Assembly (NCBI GenBank): GCA_964638865.1
Contig: CAZXBG010000003.1
Location: forward strand, 11,582-68,430
Direction: 5' to 3'
DNA: 56,849 nt
From: an uncultured Chitinophagales bacterium
GTDB lineage: Bacteria; Bacteroidota; Bacteroidia; Chitinophagales; BACL12
The notes under the pieces are model-generated. The model did no database searches and was not told the DNA's origin. It saw only the letters and a program-made list of their open reading frames with translations. Position numbers and translations under genes: made by a program. Below, piece by piece: positions 49,306 through 56,849 of the stretch; position 1 is the first letter of the stretch, and each line of letters starts with the position of its first letter.

Positions 49306-52206
49306 TTAATCCTTGAGCGCCAGTTCCTCCTTCAAAAATACTCCGGTGTAACTGCTTTTATTTTTTACAATTTCTTCCGGAGTTCCTTCTACCAGAATGT
49401 TTCCACCTCCAGCCCCACCTTCGGGACCCAGATCAATAATATGATCGGCAAGTTTAATTACATCCATATTATGTTCAATTATTAAAACTGTATTTCCTTT
49501 ATTTACCAGATCATTAATTACATTCATCAATACTCTGATATCCTCAAAATGTAAACCTGTAGTGGGTTCATCTAAAATATAAAACGTATTGCCTGTATCT
49601 TTTCTGGATAATTCTTCTGCGAGTTTTACGCGTTGTGCTTCTCCCCCACTTAACGTTGTTGATGATTGACCTAGTTTTATATATCCCAGTCCAACTTCCT
49701 GCAAGGTTTTAATTTTCTTGAAAATACGCGGGTGATTTTCAAAAAATTCGACTGCATGATCCACTGTCATCTCTAATACATCAGCAATATTCTTTCCTTT
49801 AAAATATATTTCCAGCGTTTCTCTGTTATATCTTTTTCCTCTGCATTTTTCGCACTCCACATAAACGTCAGGTAAAAAATTCATTTCAATAACTTTCATA
49901 CCGCCACCTTCACAAACATCACATCTTCCGCCTTTTACATTAAAAGAAAATCTGCCTGCTTTATAACCGCGAATTTTTGCTTCCGGAATCAAAGCATATA
50001 AATTTCTGATCTCTGAAAAAATATCGATATAGGTAACAGGATTTGATCGCGGAGTTCTTCCAATTGGCGATTGATCAATTTCAATTACTTTATCAATATG
50101 TTTCAGCCCATCAATTTTGCTGTATGATAGCGGTTTTTTAAGTGAGTTATAATAATGTTGCTGCATAATTGGAAATAATGTAGCATTTATCAAACTTGAC
50201 TTTCCGCTTCCACTTACTCCTGTTACACAAATTAAGGTGCCCAGAGGAAATTTTACATTTACATTTTTTAGATTGTGACCGGTTGCACCTTGTAAACTTA
50301 TTTCCTTTCCATTTCCTTTTCTCCGCACCTTAAGATATTCTATATTTCTTTCCCCCCTTAAATATTCTGCGGTAAGTGTATCCGCTTTAGCAAAATCTTC
50401 CGGGTTTCCTTCTCCAACCAATTTTCCTCCGTGAATTCCCGCACCGGGACCAAGATCAATAACATAATCGGCGTGCATCATCATATCTTTATCATGCTCC
50501 ACTACCAAAACAGTATTACCACTGTCGCGCAATTCTTTTAATGCTTCAATTAATTTATTATTATCCCTTTGATGTAACCCGATGGATGGTTCATCTAAAA
50601 TATAAGTTATACCAACTAATTGTGAACCGATTTGAGTAGCAAGACGAATGCGTTGCGATTCACCGCCGCTTAAAGTTCTGGTTGGCCTGTCGAGCGACAA
50701 ATAATCCAACCCTACATTTTTAATAAATCCGATTCTTGATCTAATCTCTTTTAAAAGATCCTTTGCAATTAATTTTTGTCTTGCCGACATTCCTGTCTCC
50801 ACATTGTCGAACCATATTTGCAGATCCTTAATATCCATTTGGGATAATTCAGAAATATTTTTGCCATCCACCTTAAAATATAGTGCTTCCTTCTTTAATC
50901 TGGTACCATTACATTCATCGCAGGTTGCCTTAACCATAAAATCTTCGGCCCATCTGCGCATATTCTCAGAAATAGAATCAGAAAAACAACGTTTTATTAA
51001 TTTTGTAAGTCCTCCGAATTCCAGTGTGTACCATCTGTCGGCATCCCCTAAAAAAATAGTATCATCATCAGGCAATTCCGCATCACCCTCACTCCCGAAT
51101 AAAATTGCATTTAATCCCTTTTTAGGAATATCTTTTAGAGGAGTGGATAAGGAGAATTTATATTTTGCACCAATGGATTTTATTTGTTTGAATAAAATAT
51201 TTTCTCTGAACTCACCAAGCGCTACTATTCCACCGTTGTTAATAGTTTTTGATGGATCGGGAATAAGTGTTTCTAAACTCACTTCATATACAACACCCAA
51301 CCCTTTACATTTAGTACACGCACCATAAGGAGAATTAAAAGAAAATGCATTTGGGGAAGGTTCCTCATAACTGATTCCGGAAACAAGGCACATCAATTTT
51401 TTAGAGTAATTAAATATTTCGTTGGTATCGGAATTCATTACCATAATAAAACTCTTGCCCGACTTTAGTGCCTGTGCAACACTTTGTTTAATTCTGATAT
51501 GATCATCCTCATCCACCTTAAATCTGTCGATCACAATTTCAATATTGTGTATTTTATATCTGTCGACCTGCATTTTTGGTAAAAGATCTTTTATTTCACC
51601 ATCGATGCGTACTTTTAAATATCCCTGTTTGCGAATTTGTTCAAATAATTCGCGATAATGTCCTTTTCTTCCTCTCACTAATGGGGCCAGCAATACAATT
51701 CTTTTCCCATTAAATTTCTTAATAATACTTTCTACAATTTGTTCTTCTGTAAAACGCACCATTTTATCGCCTGTCACATAACTGTATGCATCAGAAGCAC
51801 GGGCATATAATAATCGCAAAAAATCGTATATCTCTGTAATAGTTCCAACAGTGGATCTCGGATTTTTATTTGTTGTTTTTTGTTCGATAGAAATTACCGG
51901 AGAAAGACCTGTAATATTATCTACATCAGGACGTTCAATGGCGCCAAAAAACTGACGAGCATAAGCAGAAAAACTTTCCATGTACCTTCGTTGACCTTCT
52001 GCATAAATAGTATCAAACGCAAGAGAACTTTTTCCGCTTCCACTCACCCCTGTAATTACAACGAGACTGTTGCGCGGGATGGAAACATTTATATTTTTAA
52101 GATTGTGCACTCTGGCGCCCACCACTTCCAGGTAGGGAATATTTTTTTCACTAATGGCAGGTAAAAAATCTTTTGTAGGTATAGTATCTTTTTTTACGTT
52201 TTTCAC
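49306..52206 (-). CDS. uvrA: Excinuclease ABC subunit A
   Basis: GARVHNLKN, two GxSGSGKS Walker A motifs, zinc fingers, LSGGESQR and LSGGEAQR. Confidence 0.98.
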   Translation of the reverse strand: MKNVKKDTIPTKDFLPAISEKNIPYLEVVGARVHNLKNINVSIPRNSLVVITGVSGSGKSSLAFDTIYAEGQRRYMESFSAYARQFFGAIERPDVDNITGLSPVISIEQKTTNKNPRSTVGTITEIYDFLRLLYARASDAYSYVTGDKMVRFTEEQIVESIIKKFNGKRIVLLAPLVRGRKGHYRELFEQIRKQGYLKVRIDGEIKDLLPKMQVDRYKIHNIEIVIDRFKVDEDDHIRIKQSVAQALKSGKSFIMVMNSDTNEIFNYSKKLMCLVSGISYEEPSPNAFSFNSPYGACTKCKGLGVVYEVSLETLIPDPSKTINNGGIVALGEFRENILFKQIKSIGAKYKFSLSTPLKDIPKKGLNAILFGSEGDAELPDDDTIFLGDADRWYTLEFGGLTKLIKRCFSDSISENMRRWAEDFMVKATCDECNGTRLKKEALYFKVDGKNISELSQMDIKDLQIWFDNVETGMSARQKLIAKDLLKEIRSRIGFIKNVGLDYLSLDRPTRTLSGGESQRIRLATQIGSQLVGITYILDEPSIGLHQRDNNKLIEALKELRDSGNTVLVVEHDKDMMMHADYVIDLGPGAGIHGGKLVGEGNPEDFAKADTLTAEYLRGERNIEYLKVRRKGNGKEISLQGATGHNLKNVNVKFPLGTLICVTGVSGSGKSSLINATLFPIMQQHYYNSLKKPLSYSKIDGLKHIDKVIEIDQSPIGRTPRSNPVTYIDIFSEIRNLYALIPEAKIRGYKAGRFSFNVKGGRCDVCEGGGMKVIEMNFLPDVYVECEKCRGKRYNRETLEIYFKGKNIADVLEMTVDHAVEFFENHPRIFKKIKTLQEVGLGYIKLGQSSTTLSGGEAQRVKLAEELSRKDTGNTFYILDEPTTGLHFEDIRVLMNVINDLVNKGNTVLIIEHNMDVIKLADHIIDLGPEGGAGGGNILVEGTPEEIVKNKSSYTGVFLKEELALKD

Positions 52207-52230
52207 TCTTCAGGCACCCGAAATTTGGTG

Positions 52231-52238
52231 CAAAGGTA
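52231..52238 (-). promoter_or_regulatory. Putative -7 box (TACCTTTG) for uvrA
   Basis: TAnnTTTG 24 nt upstream of the GTG start. Confidence 0.6.
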
Positions 52239-52325
52239 CGGATTTCAAAAGGGAAAAAATAACAATGTGCAGATATTACTCCTCTTCTTAACCAAACTTT
52301 AATGCATTGAACAAGTGGGGATGTT

Positions 52326-52745
52326 TTAGGAGATAACCGCAATACATTTCAATTCAATTGCAATAGCCGTGGGTAAAGAGGTAATACCTACGGTTGTTCT
52401 GCAGGGCTGATTATCCTTGAAATATTCCGCATATATCCTGTTGTAGGTAGCGAAATCCCTTTTTATATCGGTAAGAAAAACGGTTACATCCACAATGTCG
52501 TTCCAATTAGCACCGGAAGCTTCCAATACCGTTTTCACATTCGCAAATACCGAATGACACTGTGCTTCAAAATCAAATTTTAAAAAATTTCCGTTTTTAT
52601 CAAATTCTAGTCCGGGAATGTTGTTAGAGCCGGCTTCCCTGGGTCCAATTCCCGATAAGAACAATAAATTTCCAACCTTGCGGGCATGTGGGTATAAACC
52701 AACAGGTTCGGGGGCTTTAGTGGTATTGATAATATTATCGCTCAT
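52326..52745 (-). CDS. RidA/YjgF-family protein, probable 2-aminomuconate deaminase
   Basis: APEPVGLYPHAR, LFLSG, PCRTT, IELKCIA; close to an aminomuconate-semialdehyde-type ALDH. Confidence 0.85.
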   Translation of the reverse strand: MSDNIINTTKAPEPVGLYPHARKVGNLLFLSGIGPREAGSNNIPGLEFDKNGNFLKFDFEAQCHSVFANVKTVLEASGANWNDIVDVTVFLTDIKRDFATYNRIYAEYFKDNQPCRTTVGITSLPTAIAIELKCIAVIS

Positions 52746-52893
52746 GCCCCAAATATACTTTCAAATTTCAAATTGGAGGGTAGAAAAACGGAGGTGTTAA
52801 AATTTTTATATACTATCCTCCGTTATTAAGCCCTGAGAAGTTATAGATTTTGTTTTCAATCTGAATCTATTATAAAACCTAAAACCAATCAAA

Positions 52894-54081
52894 ATGAAAC
52901 GTTTTACACTTTTACTTCTTACTTGTTCGGTATTTTTATTTTCTCAATGCGACAACAACACAACAGAATCACCTACCACTGGTACATCAACCACTCTTGA
53001 AAAATTTGCCGATGACACTCCTGCAGATCTGATTGCTTTAGCAGATGATACAAAGGATGGAGATGCAAATACCACCGCAACCATTAATGGTAAAAAAAAG
53101 GACAGAACTGCTCTGGACAATGATCTGAAAAAGGCGATTGACGATGAAATTGAACGCCAATTAAAGATCAACCCGGATTTGCCTTCCATGAATACTGTGG
53201 AGAATGCCGTTAGTAAACTGACAATAGAATTATTTATGGATCTTTCGAAGGCTACCGGTGGAGAAACATTTTTAATACAAAATGCAAGTTATGTTGTGGA
53301 AGCTATAAGCGAAATCATACGCAATTACATGAGCAATGAAACTGATCTGGTTTTTGTTATTGATAAAACAGGAAGTATGCGCGATGATATTGATGAAATT
53401 AAAAAAAGTGTAAATAAAATTATTAAAGCAATTGAGGAATATGACAATACACGGATAGGATTTACATTTTATGGAGATAAAAATTCGGATGGCAATAAAT
53501 GGTTCAACAAATATGAATTAACCAACGACTTTGAAAAAGCAAAAAATGCAATTAAAAATATTACAACGGTTGGTGGAGGTGATGAGCCTGAGAGTGTGAA
53601 TGATGGCCTAGCTAAAACAATTCAAGAGATGAATTGGGGTGAAGGAAGAAGACGTGTTATATTACTGCTGGGTGATGCACCAAGTATTAAACCGCCATTT
53701 TCAGATTATGTTCTTGAAGATATTATTGCTATGGCAAAAGAAGAAAATGTTGTTATGAATTTCTATCCTGTAGTGATCGGAATGAAAGGGAGTTTAGAAG
53801 GCATTTTAAAGGCAAAAGAAATCGTTGCTGAGCCTAAACCCATCATCACTTCGCTGGGACCCAATCCGGCTACAAATTACACTTTGGTTAAAACTGGAGA
53901 AATTGCAGCTTACACCAGTGAAGTATTTGATATAAATGGAAAATTATTATACACTAAAAATTTTCACGATGATAATATTTCCATCATGACTGATCAATTT
54001 CCGAGCGGTGTATATATTGTAAGAATTTTAAATAATACGAATAGCACAGTTGATACAAAAAAATTTGTTGTTAAAAGGTGA
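52894..54081 (+). CDS. vWA-domain lipoprotein with T9SS type-A C-terminal domain
   Basis: Signal peptide ending FSQC, MIDAS-like DLVFVIDKTGS, GGGDEPE, LLLGDAP; CTD PNPA...VFDING...GVYIVRI...KKFVVK. Confidence 0.82.
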   Translation: MKRFTLLLLTCSVFLFSQCDNNTTESPTTGTSTTLEKFADDTPADLIALADDTKDGDANTTATINGKKKDRTALDNDLKKAIDDEIERQLKINPDLPSMNTVENAVSKLTIELFMDLSKATGGETFLIQNASYVVEAISEIIRNYMSNETDLVFVIDKTGSMRDDIDEIKKSVNKIIKAIEEYDNTRIGFTFYGDKNSDGNKWFNKYELTNDFEKAKNAIKNITTVGGGDEPESVNDGLAKTIQEMNWGEGRRRVILLLGDAPSIKPPFSDYVLEDIIAMAKEENVVMNFYPVVIGMKGSLEGILKAKEIVAEPKPIITSLGPNPATNYTLVKTGEIAAYTSEVFDINGKLLYTKNFHDDNISIMTDQFPSGVYIVRILNNTNSTVDTKKFVVKR

Positions 54082-54105
54082 TCGTATATTTTTTTAGATT
54101 TAAAT

Positions 54106-54148
54106 AAATAAAAAAGGGAGTGCAATAATTGCACTCCCTTTTTTATTT
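54106..54148. terminator. Bidirectional intrinsic terminator
   Basis: Perfect 21-bp inverted repeat AAATAAAAAAGGGAGTGCAAT-A-ATTGCACTCCCTTTTTTATTT between convergent genes. Confidence 0.93.
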
Positions 54149-54160
54149 TATATATTGTTT

Positions 54161-55258
54161 TTATTTCACCCTTAATTTTTGACCCGGTCTTAATATCTTT
54201 TTGGATGAAATTCCATTGAGTTTACACAATTTACTTACCGTAGTTTTATTGCGGGAAGCAATTTTACCTAAGGTATCCCCTTTTTTAACGGTATAATATT
54301 TTTTTCCTGTAGTTGTTGTAGTTGATGCTGTTGTAGTTGGTTTAAAGTGATCTTTCTTTAAATAAAACACTTCAGAGGTAAGTACACTATTTTTAAAGTC
54401 AACCAAATATTTAGGATTTATTGCTGCACCGCGATAACGAATCTCATAATGCAAATGCGGTCCGGTACTTCTTCCTGTGCTTCCACCCAAACCAACTTTA
54501 TCGCCGGCTTCAAGGGTATCGCCTTCCATTACAAGAATTTTCGATAAGTGACCATAATAAGTTTCCAATCCATTAAAATGTTTTACAACAACAAGATTTC
54601 CATAACCGGAAACATAATCTGATCGTTTTACAATACCGTCGAATGCATTAAAAACATTATCTCCGGTTTCGAGATCGAGATCGATACCGGAATGGAAACG
54701 ACTATGGCGCCATCCGAAATCTGAATTTATTTTGCTTACTTCTAAAGGGAAAGTAAAACAATTGCTTCTAGGACTAACCAGAAAAACCTGAATACTGTCG
54801 ATCATTTTTGCAGGGTCGAAAATTTCACTTGCATTGAGTTCGTTCGTAGCGAATAGTTCCTCATACGATTCAAAATCTTCTGCATCCTGAGGAGAAGTAT
54901 AATCCAATCCACCGATATTCTCATTTTCCGCATTTTCTCCAAGCCGGATGTTTTCTCCTAAAATTGCTAACTCCTCACTAATAGGAAGTTGCTGAATTTC
55001 AGGTTCAGGCCTATGTTTACGCGTGATGGTATTTTGGGTATAATCGTTATTGAGCCTGGATGGCGCAGCCACCTCTTCCGTGTTATTGAGGTAAAAATCC
55101 TCAATAAACTGGGGTTCATACACAACAATTGTGGTATTTGCATTTTCACTTTTAATAGATGCTGTATACATTCCACAGGAACTTATCAGCATAGTAACCG
55201 CTATTCCGGTAATTAATAATAGTGTGGGGGTTTGCTTGTTGTTTTTTAATAAAGTCAC
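54161..55258 (-). CDS. M23 peptidase with C-terminal LysM, probable lipoprotein
   Basis: HSGID, YYGHL, HLHYE, Thr-rich linker, YTVKKGDTL LysM; ISSC lipobox; start uncertain (GTG 55258 vs 55285). Confidence 0.9.
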   Translation of the reverse strand: MTLLKNNKQTPTLLLITGIAVTMLISSCGMYTASIKSENANTTIVVYEPQFIEDFYLNNTEEVAAPSRLNNDYTQNTITRKHRPEPEIQQLPISEELAILGENIRLGENAENENIGGLDYTSPQDAEDFESYEELFATNELNASEIFDPAKMIDSIQVFLVSPRSNCFTFPLEVSKINSDFGWRHSRFHSGIDLDLETGDNVFNAFDGIVKRSDYVSGYGNLVVVKHFNGLETYYGHLSKILVMEGDTLEAGDKVGLGGSTGRSTGPHLHYEIRYRGAAINPKYLVDFKNSVLTSEVFYLKKDHFKPTTTASTTTTTGKKYYTVKKGDTLGKIASRNKTTVSKLCKLNGISSKKILRPGQKLRVK

Positions 55259-55269
55259 TTTCCTCCGTT

Positions 55270-56712
55270 TTAAAGTTTTATACAAATATTTTTTGGTTCG
55301 GTAAAGAAACGCATAGCTTCTAAACCTCCTTCGCGACCCACTCCGGAGTTCTTCACGCCCCCGAATGGTGTCCTTAGATCTCGCTCAAGCCAGCAGTTGA
55401 TCCAGACAATTCCTGCCTCAATCTGTTCTGCCATGGTATGTGCACGACCCAAATGATTGGTCCAAATAACGGCTGCCAACCCATATTCACTATTATTTGC
55501 CAAATTTATGGCTTCATTATCGGTATTAAAAGGTTGGATACTCACAACCGGACCAAAAATTTCTTCCTGTATTGTCCTGCATTGTGGACTTAACCCCTCA
55601 ATTACCGTTGGCTGAATAAACCAGCCATTTTTAAATTCCCCCTCTAAATGAACCGCTTCACCACCACATAAAATGGTTCCACCTTCTTTTTTAGCTAAGT
55701 CGATATACGACAGTATTTTATTGTAATGTGTTTCTGAAACTACTGCTCCAATTGTTGTTTCCGCCGATCGGGGGTCACCGACCTTCATTTGTTTAGTTTT
55801 TTCTACAAAGTCTTTTTTAAACCTTTCGAAAATACTTTGCTCAACATAAATTCTGCTTCCACACAAACAAATTTGCCCCTGATTTGTAAACGAACTACGC
55901 AGTGTGGTTGCGAGCATGTGGTTGTAATCGCAATCTGCAAATATAACAACGGGGTTCTTTCCGCCCAACTCCAGCGACAACTTTTTAAACATTGGCGCTG
56001 CAACTGATGCAATTTCCTTACCTGCCCTTGTACTACCTGTGAAGGAAATTGCTTTAATTGCGGGGTGTTTTACTATTGCTGCGCCTGTTTTTGGGCCTGT
56101 TCCATGGATAATATTCAGCACACCGGCAGGTAATCCTGCTTCTATGCAAATTTCCGCTAATAATGTTGCTGTATGGGGTGTAATTTCTGATGGTTTTCCT
56201 ATTACACAGTTTCCGGCAGCCAAAGCCGGTGCTATTTTCCATGTAAAAAGGTAAAGTGGAAGATTCCAGGGAGAGATACATCCTACAACGCCAATTGGGT
56301 TGCGCAAAGTATAATTTATAAATTTTCCTTTTTGATTATGGCTTTCGGAGCTGAATTGCAACACTGAGGCAGCAAAAAACTCAAAATTATCGCGGGCTCT
56401 ACTAATATCCATGCGTTTTGCCAAAGCCAGCGGTTTACCGGAATCCAAAGATTCGGCCTCTGCTAAAAGGTCAAATTTTTCGTCGATGATTTGTGCAATC
56501 CGATAAAGAATTCTGCTTCGCAATGAAACTTCGAGGGTCGACCACTCGTATAACGCTTTTTGGGCTGCCGTTACTGCAAGTTCAACGTCTCTTTCGTCAG
56601 AATCAGGAATTTTTGAATATACGGAACCTGTTGCCGGATTGTAGTTATCCAGATAATTGTCGCTTACAGGTGGCTGAAGCTTTCCTCCAATGTAATTTGA
56701 TAATATGAGCAA
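55270..56712 (-). CDS. Aldehyde dehydrogenase, 2-aminomuconate/2-hydroxymuconate semialdehyde dehydrogenase type
   Basis: ISPWNLP, FTGST, ELGGKN, NQGQICLC, EEIFGP, WLERDLRTPFGG. Confidence 0.9.
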   Translation of the reverse strand: MLILSNYIGGKLQPPVSDNYLDNYNPATGSVYSKIPDSDERDVELAVTAAQKALYEWSTLEVSLRSRILYRIAQIIDEKFDLLAEAESLDSGKPLALAKRMDISRARDNFEFFAASVLQFSSESHNQKGKFINYTLRNPIGVVGCISPWNLPLYLFTWKIAPALAAGNCVIGKPSEITPHTATLLAEICIEAGLPAGVLNIIHGTGPKTGAAIVKHPAIKAISFTGSTRAGKEIASVAAPMFKKLSLELGGKNPVVIFADCDYNHMLATTLRSSFTNQGQICLCGSRIYVEQSIFERFKKDFVEKTKQMKVGDPRSAETTIGAVVSETHYNKILSYIDLAKKEGGTILCGGEAVHLEGEFKNGWFIQPTVIEGLSPQCRTIQEEIFGPVVSIQPFNTDNEAINLANNSEYGLAAVIWTNHLGRAHTMAEQIEAGIVWINCWLERDLRTPFGGVKNSGVGREGGLEAMRFFTEPKNICIKL

Positions 56713-56849
56713 ACCGTGTACGTAAAGGTTGGTAATTGGTTAAGGCGCTAAGATAAGTATTAGTAAGGTAAAACCTAAATGTGTTTGGAGGCTTAAGGAA
56801 AATTTAGAACAGGAAAAATTGTATGAAACAATATTAAGCGGGTCAAATT

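Noticed and set aside
54307..54340. GTT/GTA short repeats
   Set aside because: Encode the Thr-rich linker between the M23 and LysM domains
2024..56708. Many short antisense or alternate-frame ORFs in the track (e.g. 2024..2431, 7888..8274, 50804..51328)
   Set aside because: They lie within long, well-supported genes and show no recognisable motifs; treated as shadow ORFs
1..56849. CRISPR arrays, tRNA/rRNA genes, IS elements, defence systems
   Set aside because: No regularly spaced repeats, cloverleaf motifs, transposase or defence-type ORFs seen; intergenic gaps are short

Overview
AT-rich chromosomal window that looks like Bacteroidota: TAnnTTTG promoter boxes, a T9SS C-terminal domain, and no obvious Shine-Dalgarno usage. 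From left to right it holds a truncated M43 metalloprotease, metH, an RND efflux triad, a deacetylase-sulfotransferase pair, and a PA0069-type radical SAM gene divergent from an XRE-S24 (LexA-like) repressor. Next come kdsA and a ~32 kb Wzx/Wzy polysaccharide locus headed by a wHTH/nucleotidyltransferase-fold regulator. The locus has a nonulosonic acid module (probably KDN-type) with two oxidoreductases and two methyltransferases, several glycosyltransferases, wecB, a bacillosamine-type initiation module, wza and wzc. The right end has a disrupted GT-C gene, uvrA, a RidA-family gene, a vWA/T9SS lipoprotein, an M23-LysM peptidase and an aminomuconate-semialdehyde-type dehydrogenase. The most notable signals read from the DNA are: tandem GTCA-N7-TGAC operators in the LexA-like divergent promoter; a 9-bp palindrome on the polysaccharide promoter; an ops-like pause element before neuB; a possible epimerised/methylated KDN pathway; a split NDST-like gene pair; and an apparently circularly permuted vWA domain. 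No rRNA, tRNA, CRISPR array or IS element was recognised. All product calls come from motif recognition by eye, not from database searches.
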